The notes under the pieces were generated by a model. That model saw nothing but the letters and a program-made list of their open reading frames with translations, had not been told where the DNA came from and did no database searches. From contig CAJFCJ010000011.1 in assembly GCA_904063045.1 (NCBI GenBank), positions 992,001-1,056,000 on the forward strand: a DNA stretch of 64,000 nt, in the 5' to 3' direction. Each line of letters opens with the position of its first letter. Positions within the stretch are counted from its first letter, which is position 1. Shown here piece by piece: positions 49,857-60,860 of the stretch. Position numbers and translations under genes: made by a program. Source of the stretch: Dimorphilus gyrociliatus. Taxonomy: Eukaryota > Animalia > Annelida.

Positions 49857-51104
49857 ATGGTTAAAATATTTGTAGGAAATATACCTGACGATTTATATGG
49901 TAATGAAATTCGAGAATTATTTGAGAGCTTTGGAACGGTTGAGGAGGCGACAAGATTGTCTAAATTTGCATTTGTTGTAAGTAATAATCTTCTTCCTTAA
50001 CTTATACAATGGGTTTTTATTTATTATTGATATAAGTAGTCACTTATGTATAAACTTTTTTAGTTAGTTACATTTGTTTCTCGCTAGACCGACAATGCAT
50101 AAAACTTATATAGTACAAAGTTATTTTGCATGAAACAGTAGTATCCTTGTAATTGGATATCAGATCTATGTAAAGAATGAAAAGCGTGCCCTATGGTCTC
50201 TTTATTATGTACTTTTGAAATAGCAGTTAAACCTTTAAAGTTGCTTATTTTTATCGATGATATTATAGCTTTGGTTTTTAACTTCATTTAGTTTATAAGT
50301 TTAAAACGTTATTAACCACCAAATTTCTATCCCAACAGCATATGCCCAATAAAGAAGAAGCAGATGAGGCCTTAAAGGGACTGGATAAATATCATATCCG
50401 TGGATATAATATCAATGTTGAGGTAAATAATTGTAAAAGTCATTTTTGTAGTATCTAGACAACTGATTGGGGTAAACTTATCTTATTGATGATTTAGTTC
50501 TTCATGCCGAATTTAACTATAAAAAAAATACAAAAACTTTTATTACTTTAATGGACTTTATTATTAAATGCCATAATACTCATAGGTCTATTTTCATTTT
50601 CTTTAGATTTCAACAAGTACCGCTGGAGAAAAAGGTGGACCAAGAAACAAATCAGACAGATCTGCTTTCTCAGGGAACAGAGGCGGTGGTTCTGATAGAG
50701 GTGGAATGATGAGACGTGGAGGACCTCCAAATAGGGGAGGATTCAATAGAGGAACACCAGATAGATTTCATCCATATGGCTTTTCTAATCCATATGTCGA
50801 TTCTGGAAGATCAGAGTATGAAAGGTACTTTGAAAAAAGGCCGCTTAACGATATGGAAAGAAGATTATTAAATGTTTTACTGAAAAGGAGAGACGATTTT
50901 GATGGACCTCAACAGGAACCAAATTGGGATCCATACAGTAGGCCACCCCCAGATGCTTATAAGCGACCACAAGAAGCGTAAGTAGAAAAACCATTATAAA
51001 TAATGAATAAATATTCACTAATTTCTGCAATTTGAAATTGTAGCTTGGGCTCCACAGCTCCTCAACCAACCGCCGGAAACGCTTTTAACTCGACAAGTTT
51101 TTAA
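49857..51104 (+). CDS. Single-RRM, RGG-rich RNA-binding protein (RBM4/RBM14/lark-like RRM)
   Basis: Exons 49857-49976 (MVKIFVGNI..FAFV), 50339-50422 (HM..A..L..INVE), 50607-50977 (RGG repeats, RFHPY), 51044-51104. Confidence 0.85.
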
Positions 51105-51951
51105 ATCTTAGACTGTCTTTAGTTTTTATTATTTAGTGTACATAGTGTTGTTTGAAAGATTTTTTTTGTATCGTTTGGGCCTTTGACCAATAGAAGAAAA
51201 AGTTAAGAAAAAAAAGAAAAAACTTGAGAAGAAAGAACAAAAAAAACCAGTTAATAAAGAAAGAGAAAATAACAAAAATTCATCCGCTTTTAATTGTTTA
51301 TTTTGTCACAGTTTTTAATAATTTTGTTTTTGTTATAAAAACAAATAAGAATGTAAGTATAAAGTTTTTTTTCCATTTTATACTCATTTGAAATATTATC
51401 TGTATATAAATTATATACATTGAAAGTTTATGAATATCAGCTCACTGTATTTACAATAATGTGTACACATATACGTTATGTACATATATATGTACAGTAT
51501 ATATGTATATTTGTTTTATCAACAAAGTTATGAAAATTTAAAGCCTTAAAATTCTGTTAATCGATAAAGTAGCACTTTTAAACGATTATTGACTACGTCT
51601 AATTTTTATGTTGATTCTTGTTCATACCCAAATATTTACTGATAGCGTGATTCCAATGATCGAAACAGACAAAACCTTACCTTTTTAATGAGTACTATTG
51701 ATTAGGCCTAAAATCGATCCTTTTTTCCTCATTGACTTGTTGCCCAGGCTCCTAGATTTTTGTTCTGAAGCTTTTTTTTAAGGCCATACTATAGCAAACA
51801 ATCATTTCCTTCTTTCCTATTAAATCTATGACGTATACTTTACGATTATTTATAGTCCAATGTCTTAATAAATTATACCAGTCTTATCGGTACTTTTATA
51901 TTATATAAACTATGACTTTATCGCCATTCAAAAATCATAAAAAGAAGCAAG

Positions 51952-52610
51952 ATGGCGGATAGCTTGGGTTTTAAGAAACGTTGGAATAATATTCAACATA
52001 CAAAAGCATTAGAAGTTGAAAGAGAGAGAACAATGAAGAATTTGGTAAAAAATTCAAATAAAATGCAGAGAAAATTGAGACAATTAGAACAGTCAAAGTA
52101 TGAAAAAAAGTTAACAAACCTTCAGTTTCATAAAGCAGCGACAAGTTTTTCCATGTCTAGACCAAGTTCGGCTGCTAGTGAATATGCTTATAAATCTTTG
52201 GAAAATTCGGGTATAAGGTAAACTGGTAAATTGTCTAACAATTCCCATTTAAAGAACAGGCGAAAAATGTAGGTTTTAAAATATTCTTTCGTTTTTTTGT
52301 TAGAATTCGAAAGTGTTGGGCTGGGGAACCGGAAGCTATTAATAGCGTTAGAAGGAAACTAAAAACTCCAGACGAAAGAAATTTGGAAAAGTTTCTTCAA
52401 CAGGCCGAAAAAGATGTTCTTGAGGAAGAGAAAGAAAAGAAGGAAGAGGAATATCACAGATTTATACCTCCATACCCAGTTCATTTTCGATCGTCCAAAA
52501 AGGAACGAGTGCCAAAGTCAACTGCTGAGGTAAAATCTGAGGAAATTGATTTCGGGAAGCAACTTGTAATAGAAAGACCTATCAGTGGATCTTATCAAAC
52601 AGCTAAATAG
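51952..52610 (+). CDS. Uncharacterised basic coiled-coil protein (2 exons)
   Basis: Exons 51952-52217 and 52304-52610 join in frame (AG|A). Confidence 0.75.
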
Positions 52611-53073
52611 ACAGAAAATCTGTTTGATAAAATTTATGTAACAGTTTAAGTATGAAAGAAAAACCTTATTGATATTTGTTTTTGATAGAATATAGGCTTA
52701 AAGGTGTTATCTCATAAAAATTTTTGGTTATATCTCAACCGAAGTCTATATACTTGATTTTTAAATAATAAAATATTGATGTCAGATAATTTATTTCTAT
52801 TTTCTGTATCAATACAAAAATTTTTGGATATTTTTAATTAATTTATGCAGGTTAAGTCTAAAAAAATATTAATTAAGTCATAGAGTGGAATTTTGAGAGA
52901 TCTTCTTTGTTGAATTAATGAATAAAAGCTATAATCAATAGGATAGTCGCATTGAAATTATAGTTTGATAATGAAAAGAAAAAGAAAGAATAAGAAAAAG
53001 AGAAAAATGTTGATAATTCATAAATTGTTTACCACAATATAGCACATTTTTTATTCGCAAAAAAATCCCTTGA

Positions 53074-54012
53074 TTAAATAGTAGCTGGAGTATGTACTTG
53101 ACGAGTTGATTTTACTGTTTGAATCCGTAATTTTGTTGCTGTGGATTCCGCAACAGCAATTTTTGGCTTTTTCAAACTAGAGACCAAAGACGTTCTTGAT
53201 TGAGTAAAATCAGGATCGTAGGGTGGTTCAAGTTGCCTATGATTTTTTTTTTATAAAAAATTAAATATTTGCACGGATTTAAATGCACTGATTTTGAAGT
53301 AAGAATAGGCCTGATAAAGTAAAAAAGTAAACTAGCGTCAATGTAATTAATAAATATCATAGATTTCATTTTAAATAAATTGAGCGTAAAGAATTAATGT
53401 TATTAATCCATTTACGTTTCAATTTTATTTATTAATGCTATGTCTTTTTTATTATCGAAACAAACTTCGTGATTTACTCGTTTATTGAGACAAATAGGCC
53501 CGATTATTATATAAACGAAAAGTAGTTTTAATATCATGCTTTCTCACGATTTGATAGGTTTTTACTTATAATTTGTTTGCAATTGAATCAATTGTAAAAA
53601 AAAATGGGTGTGTAGGTTACGATTTTTAGCAAATGTATTAATATTATTACTATTAAATTAGGAGTGTTTTGTGATTTGTGTAATTTTCTCGTCGTTTTCA
53701 TTTCTATACAACACGTTCAGGAAAGGAAATTACTTTTATATCGGTTTACCTGAAATTTTTGTCGGCTTGTAAGAAGGCGGCGTTAGGACATAGCTGTAAA
53801 ACTTCTTCGTCCAAACTGCAAAGTGGTTTTATGAATTGAACGCTTTCAATTTGCTCTTTACTTAGAAAAATTTGACTAGACTCGGTTTCAATTAATTTTC
53901 TCCTTATCCTTACGGGCGGTTTTCTAACAGTAGCAGGTGCTGTAGATATCCTCCTTACTGGAAGATTTGTCGGTCTAACGGTAAAAATTCTTATGCTCCT
54001 TTCCATCACCAT
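53074..54012 (-). CDS. Uncharacterised basic protein (2 exons)
   Basis: Exon 54012-53750 (AG|gtaaac) joins in phase 2 to 53236-53074 (RQLEPPYDPDFTQSR...PATI*). Confidence 0.6.
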
Positions 54013-54202
54013 ACTCTTATTTATAATGAAAAACTAAGCCAATTGATAACTGAGATACGTATTTCTTTATTATCTCTTATCACTCTCCGGATTAGTTTTC
54101 TCGACCGTATGGCGTCGATAACGAATGGGCCGACGGTTTTTTCTTGGCAGTGTCAATATTTTTAGTTAAATAATCGACCAGGAGACGAGAATTTTGCATA
54201 AA

Positions 54203-54218
54203 AGCGCCATCTACTAGA
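54203..54218 (-). promoter_or_regulatory. CTCF-like motif (TCTAGTAGATGGCGCT)
   Basis: Core match between two tandem minus-strand genes. Confidence 0.55.
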
Positions 54219-54354
54219 CTAATACCGCTTTAGACTTTTTTTTTGTAAAAATGTGTATAAGAACAGAATTGTTTCTACGTAATGCTTCATAAAAGAACGC
54301 TAAAAGGAAGCGTCTCACGTACAGGAGATAGTATTAAATATGATACAAAAGAGA

Positions 54355-55065
54355 TTATCTCGGTAAAACAACTGTGGTTAGTTTTCTCTTTGGAGAAGAC
54401 ATCCCGTAATTAACTACCCAATCATCTGGCCTTACTTTTTCACTATTCTTTCTCAATTGAACTAGCAACTGTGCTAAACCTTGCTGCTTATGCAAAATCT
54501 TATTTTTTGACGAATTCTGACGTCTTCTTATCGATCTTGCTTCTAAATCCGATATCAATTTCTCAGTATTTACACTGCTTGTAGCCATCTTTAAACTGGT
54601 TCTAAATCTATCTAAAGCCGGCTTTGTTTGATCTATGTCAAAACCTAGAAAGAAAAGTAAACTGTATAAACATTCCATCCATTTGGCCAAAGTAATTAAA
54701 AGCTCATTTTTACCAATTGAGTTATACGATTCAGAGACTCTGCAGGGCCAAATATTGCATGTAATCTTATTCCTACTGGGATAAGCAAATTGACAATCAT
54801 AGCTTGGACTATTTCGGGGAGATTCTTTCAGCTCTTTTTGTTTGAGAGCTTCGTCAGCTTCTTTCAATTCCTCATTAGTCAAGAGTTCTTCAACCAGAAG
54901 TTGTTTTTCTTTCTTTATTCGACTTTGTGTTTTTTCCCAAAAAGTTTCAAGTCTTTTATAAGTGTTTTGCAGTCTTAAGTCTTCGTGTTCATGAAAAGAC
55001 TTCGTACGAAGGTGTTGAGCTTTAATTCTGGCATTTAGTTGTTTTTCTCTTCTAAAACAATCCAT
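54355..55065 (-). CDS. Uncharacterised coiled-coil protein
   Basis: 236-codon ORF; probably contains a 69-nt in-frame intron (54713-54645, gtaaaa...tttctag). Confidence 0.75.
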   Translation of the reverse strand: MDCFRREKQLNARIKAQHLRTKSFHEHEDLRLQNTYKRLETFWEKTQSRIKKEKQLLVEELLTNEELKEADEALKQKELKESPRNSPSYDCQFAYPSRNKITCNIWPCRVSESYNSIGKNELLITLAKWMECLYSLLFFLGFDIDQTKPALDRFRTSLKMATSSVNTEKLISDLEARSIRRRQNSSKNKILHKQQGLAQLLVQLRKNSEKVRPDDWVVNYGMSSPKRKLTTVVLPR

Positions 55066-55578
55066 GTGTTATCTCTATTATTCCTGTCAAAATGTAAATG
55101 TAAATGTTTTATGCCAAATAGTCTTAGCGACAGCATTGACCGTATATATACGTTATTTAAGAGCCGTTCAATTCATAAAAGGTTATTGTTGTCATTTACA
55201 AGAGATTAAATGCCAGTTAGTGCTGTAATTGTTGATAGTTTTCCACAAATAATACATTGAAACGCCATTTCTGAAAACATGCATTCAAATACAGAAAATT
55301 TACTTAATTTCCTTTTCATTAAATATGCATATTGTTTCTACGTTCAATATAATTATTGCTATATTCGTATCTAGCAGTTGTATTATTTATTCCTGTATGT
55401 TATTATAGATGTTTATACCGTTAATATCGAATTGTACTTTAATAATTAACTATGTAGTTTTTAATTATAAAATTGCTTCGTTTCTCTTTAAAAGTTGCGA
55501 AACTTAGGCTGTAACTTTTTGAATAATACATTTAATAGATCGCGGTTATATATTCGATCAGTTGCTTCACATATCATA

Positions 55579-55672
55579 GCCCGGATAGCTCAGTCGGTAG
55601 AGCATCAGACTTTTAAGAGAACACTAAATATAAGTGATCTGAGGGTCCAGGGTTCAAGTCCCTGTTCGGGCG
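55579..55672 (+). tRNA. tRNA-Lys(UUU) with a 21-nt intron
   Basis: GCCCGGATAGCTCAGTCGGTAGAGCATCAGACTTTTA-[55616-55636]-ATCTGAGGGTCCAGGGTTCAAGTCCCTGTTCGGGCG; matches the canonical metazoan Lys-TTT once the intron at 37/38 is removed. Confidence 0.95.
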
Positions 55673-55678
55673 TAATAC

Positions 55679-55683
55679 TTTTT
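55679..55683 (+). terminator. Pol III oligo-T terminator
   Basis: T5 run 6 nt downstream of the tRNA. Confidence 0.7.
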
Positions 55684-55841
55684 GGCGTTTTTTTTGTTAC
55701 AATTCTATTTAGTTATACTTGATAACTTTTTAATTTGTAACTTTGGCCTATTTTTTTTCAATTTAAATTGAATGTATCGACGACATTCCAACAGAGCGGC
55801 CTATATTAACTCTCAACATTGACACTTTAATTGCATATAGC

Positions 55842-55858
55842 AACAGCAGATGTCGCTA
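55842..55858 (+). promoter_or_regulatory. CTCF-like motif (AACAGCAGATGTCGCTA)
   Basis: AGATGTCGC variant of the CTCF core, about 170 bp downstream of the tRNA. Confidence 0.5.
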
Positions 55859-56256
55859 TAGAATAAGCAATAAGAAAAGAACACGAACGCATCTACCTAA
55901 ATGAAAATGATACAGTTTATATAAAAAGCAAGGCTTGAGTTTTATATTACATTCTATACATGATAATTAATTCGTAGAATCTTGACACGAATAAAACATA
56001 GAGAAATTTATTATAGAGTAGCCTAAGTATATTTTATTTTTCTGTACTGTACAGAAATTACACTCCTATAAAAAGCTTCAATTGAATAAATAAAATACAA
56101 CACGGTCATAATTATACCTAAAAAAGAATATTCTTTAACTTGATCAAGCTATCTAGCGATGTTATTTGTTAGCTGTTAAAATTTCAAATTGTCATAAAAA
56201 GAGAGAGAGAGAGAGAAAGAGATATTTTACCTGTGTTTGTAATTAAAGAGGAAATA

Positions 56257-57691
56257 ATGGGATACAAAAGTAAATTAGAAATATTGAATGGAAGCAAGGC
56301 TAATTCTTTGTCATTAACCAAAAAGGATTGTCTTAAAGTTGATAAACCTAAGGAACAGATTGATGGAGGCTATGCATGGGTGGTATTATATTCTTGTATT
56401 ATATTACAAATGTTCGGTGCCTCACTTTTGGGAACCTACGGTGTTCTTCTAGTTAACATTGTAGATTCAACAGGCTATAAAACATCCTTTATATCTTGGT
56501 ACGGGGCATTAACATGCTTAACACAAGGTTTCTCATCGTTTTTTTTGGGACCCTTAGTAGAAATTTACAGTTGCCGCACTGTAACAATAATAGGATCATT
56601 AATTTGCACATTTAGCTACATTTCAACAGCTTTCGTAAAAGATATTCCATATATTCTTTTTACGCTGGGATTTGTGCAAGGGCTTGGTATTTCATGTTTT
56701 CACGTTTGCCCTAATATCATTGTATCTAGATGGTTTTCTAAGAAACAATCTATGGCTTTAACATTAATAACTTTTGGAAAGGGTATTGGGCAACTTATGT
56801 GGGGGCCATATGCAGCTTATACGGTTGACTTATATGGTTGGAGGGGATCATTAATTATGATTGGTGGTGTTGTTCTTCATGGTTGTATTCTTGGAGTCCT
56901 CATAAAAGATCCGGTTAGCGTCAAAACTGTAGAAAAGAAGGGCGGACTATTTAAGGTTCTCTTGAAAAATATGATACCAATCGAGTTGATTAAAAATAAG
57001 TGGTTTATTTTATGTGTATTGGGGAATTTTCCTTTATTAATTGGCCATGGTTCAGTTTTATCCATGCTTCCAAGAAGAATTGTCGACATCGGTTACAGTA
57101 ATATTAAGGCTTCGACAACAATTTCCATTATAGGCGGAACAACTAGTATTGTACGTCTAATTGTTTGTGGCTTATCAGGGGTAAGCTGCTGTAATAAATC
57201 GATGGCATGTGCTGTTGCGACCTTGATTACAGGCGTCTCGGCAATTATGACCATATTTTTGAAGGATTATACAAGTTTTGCTGTCTTTTCCGCAGTTTTT
57301 GGCTCAGTCTCAGGTTGGTACACACTATTTCTCTCTAACAAACTTAACTGACAATAGCCATATTTATTTAGCCGTCTACATATCCTTAATTACACCAATA
57401 ATAATTCAATTGGTGGAATTGGACTATGTTTCACAAGCAGTTGCCTGGCTTAACGTAGTTGTGGGTCTTTCTATGGGAACTTGTAGAAGTTCAGTTGGTA
57501 TATTATACGATTTGCAAAATGATGCTACAATATGCTTTGTTATGGGCGGAGTCTTTTTAATAATTACTAGTCTGCTATTTTTATTTATGTACTTTGCCGG
57601 AGTTGAGAGAAAATCACCAAAATTGATCATCACTAAAAGTCATGAGGAGAAACAATCAATTAGTGATAAATATGAAGTGACTCATTTATAA
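56257..57691 (+). CDS. SLC16 monocarboxylate transporter (MFS)
   Basis: DGGYAWVV TM1 motif, RWF..K..A motif, GWRG, about 12 hydrophobic segments; exons 56257-57313 and 57372-57691. Confidence 0.92.
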
Positions 57692-58188
57692 CAAAAGCTG
57701 CGTTATAATCTTACTATTACTACGTCCTCTCTGTCATTCGTAACTTTACATATCACTCAATAATTTCCGTTTATCCTTATCTTTGCAAAACGTAGTCAGT
57801 TTTAGCAACCTTTTGACCCATAATGAATACACCACTGTCACAATTATACTTTAAAAAAGCCAACTATAAATAGTCAATTCGAAAAGTTGCACACTCGAAA
57901 TAAAAGGAAGAAAGAGAGTATAGAATTTAAGTTCAACGGTAAAGTTATGTCTAATAATTTAATACAAAAATTACCTAAATCTATTCAAACTTATTACTAA
58001 AGTTAAATATATATTAGATAATTATTGTAACTATATGAGACTAATATAATTCCGACAAAGATATTAGCTACGAATATCAAATAAGTAAATAAGCTATAAT
58101 GCTAATTTATTACGGTTTAGTTGGTATTAATAAAGTAGAAAGTGAATAAATTAATAATAGTGGGTAGAATATAAAAAATACCATATAT

Positions 58189-58223
<35 letters not shown>

Positions 58224-58486
58224 TTTTTAAATGCTATATGTAACTGTATGCTCAGTATAAAACGCTTCGATAGACTCTTATATCACTCAATATTACGCTT
58301 ATTCAAAAATCTAAAAAAGATCAATTACAATACTGAAGAAAAATGTTTGTTAGGCCTAGTCAAGTACGTCTAGGCAAGAGACACTTCCGCTTGAGAAAGA
58401 CTCTGTTAACCTGGTATAATTCCATGCGTTTTTACTACTATATGCATTCTTCAACTAAATTCTAGCGGGAAAGAATTCAACGAAAA

Positions 58487-60860
58487 ATGACCACTAATAA
58501 TGATTTAGACTTATTAAAACTAATAAGTGACAGACTGAAAGATGACCGTAAATGTTTTTTAAAAGGTGAGTTTCTTTGCTAAAGTAAAAAAAAAACTTTT
58601 TTTGTCTCTTGTACAACGTTTTACACGAGAGGGAAAACTTATGAATTATACAACTCTACCTATATATATATATATATATACTGGATACAGTGGATATATA
58701 TAGAATAAATGTACCCAGACTAATACATAATACATATCTTATAATATTCATATTTATATATACACTTGTACATATATTTTCATATAAATAGACAATAAAT
58801 ATTGATAAATATTTTATTATCGTAGTAATAGATGTTGTTTCACGAAAAAAAAGGGAGGTGATACAGTGCATAGACTATATATAGTTGTTCTTATAAATAC
58901 AGTATATACTGTATATGTACTAATATGTATAAACTGTCGTTTTAATATCTAAAATTGCCCGACCGTACTATTTGATATATATTTTAACAATAAATGTATT
59001 CTTAAAGCTCTAAACCTAACGGATGAGTTTGATCAAGAAAACGAAAAAGATCAAAAAGAGACAGACAAAAAGTTAACAGCTCTACAAAATTGGAAAGAAA
59101 AGTACGAAGGTGAAGAATGGTTAGAACAATTGGAAGAGGAGCTAAAGGAACTTTCAGATTCCCCTATAAACGAACAAGATTTGAAAGATAAGTCTTCAGG
59201 TATTAAATTTGGTTTACCTATTAATTCTACTTATAGTCTTTCTTTTATTTCATTTGCGGTCTTATTTTTTAAGCGTTTGATAAAACATGATTAGAGATAA
59301 TATTTCTTTCGAACAGTACAAAAACCTTACTCTATAGAATAATAAGGATAGAAAAAAGACCAGAAATTCTTGTCATATTGTGAAAAAACTATTCATATTT
59401 GTGGTTATTTTAAATATTATGAAGTATCTATAGCCCCTTTTTCTCAGTATTCAACACCACAGATTGTTCTTACTCATCAAACAGAGCTCATTTTTTCAAC
59501 TCAATAGGTTCATTTAAGTTGTTTGAGTGGTTTCTAATTGTTGATTTAGGCCTGTCCATGTACTGGGGTGTGAATTTTCAAATTAACCTAGGAAGATAGT
59601 GATATTCAACGTTAGGTGGAGCTGTTCCGCGAATTTGATATTTTATTTATCTAGTTCTTTCTTTGAATTGCTTTTTTATTTTCTTTTCAGATGAAATATT
59701 CAACCTCATTTGTCAACGTTTGGATAAAGAAAATTGGATAAAATTCGCTTCCGATCTTCAATTGATTGAAGAAGAAGAGACAGACGAGAAGGACGATAGC
59801 GAGCAACTAGATTCTGCAGCGTTTTTGTGTTTGCTAAAAGACAAGTGGTTAAATGGTGAAAGTACTCTTTCTATCGAACAAACAGATAAATTAAAAGATG
59901 CTTTAAAAAAAATTGGTAGAGAAGATATTTTAGAAGCTGAAGAGTTTCAAAATTCTAATCCTGTCCCAACAGGTTATTTGCTTCTACTTTCTTTATTCAA
60001 AATTAAGCATTGAAAAGTTTTTTATTTGCTTTAGATCTATGTACTGATACGATAGAAGACGATATATCAGAAGGTTGCGTAACAGCTGTTCAAAAGGTTG
60101 TGCAAGTTGTTACCGAGCATTCAAAAGTACTCACTTCTACTTCTCATAGCTCTGAGGAAAAAGACGAAGATGAGAAGGATGGTAATAGAATATTTATAAA
60201 TACATAATAACTTACAAATAGACTATATAATCCCTTACTTTCTCTATAGAAAAAGAAGAGAAACTTGTTGCAAGTGTTAAGGAAGAACGTGTCGTAGTTG
60301 AAAAGAGAACAGAGTTTAGTGGTAAGTATTCGCGTTAAAAGCAAATCTCTATAATAATATTAAATGACCCTGTCTAATAAAAAATCACAGAGAAAACTCA
60401 AACAATAGAAACGAAACAAGAAGTTATTGTATCAACACAAAAAACTGTTCAAGTTGTTGAGGAAGAGATTGTGAAAGGTTCTTTTTTGTTTTTTAGCTCA
60501 AATATAAAATAAAGTAAACATTTTCATATCTAATTTTCAGAAGCAGACGTAAAAGTAGAAGTATCACCTTCAAACGACAAAGAAGCTAAGGAAACAAACG
60601 GTGAGACTGCTGACGAAAAACAGAGTGATGCCGACTGTAAGGAAAAGGATGACAGTATAGAGAATAAAGAGAATGATAAAAGTAAAGAGAATGGTGAAGA
60701 TGAAGAAGAGAGTGAAAATAGAGAGCAAGATGAAAATCAAGAAAAAAATGGTACAAAGGATAAAGTAGAAATCCCTGATAGCAAAGACGATGGCAAAAAG
60801 AAAAAGAAGCGAAGCATTCCCAAACTCTTCTCTTGTTTCTCAAAAAAAGAAGCTGATTAA
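58487..60860 (+). CDS. Death-domain protein with an acidic low-complexity tail
   Basis: Exons 58487-58565, 59008-59199, 59691-59972, 60035-60181, 60250-60321, 60391-60477, 60541-60860, all phase 1. Death-fold motifs W..FA..LQL, LKDKW, KLKDALKKIGREDIL; a degenerate first copy (LQNWKEK..LEEELKEL). Confidence 0.75.

Noticed and set aside
55495-55722. 75-aa ORF over the tRNA
   Set aside because: No ATG start; it overlaps a clear tRNA gene.
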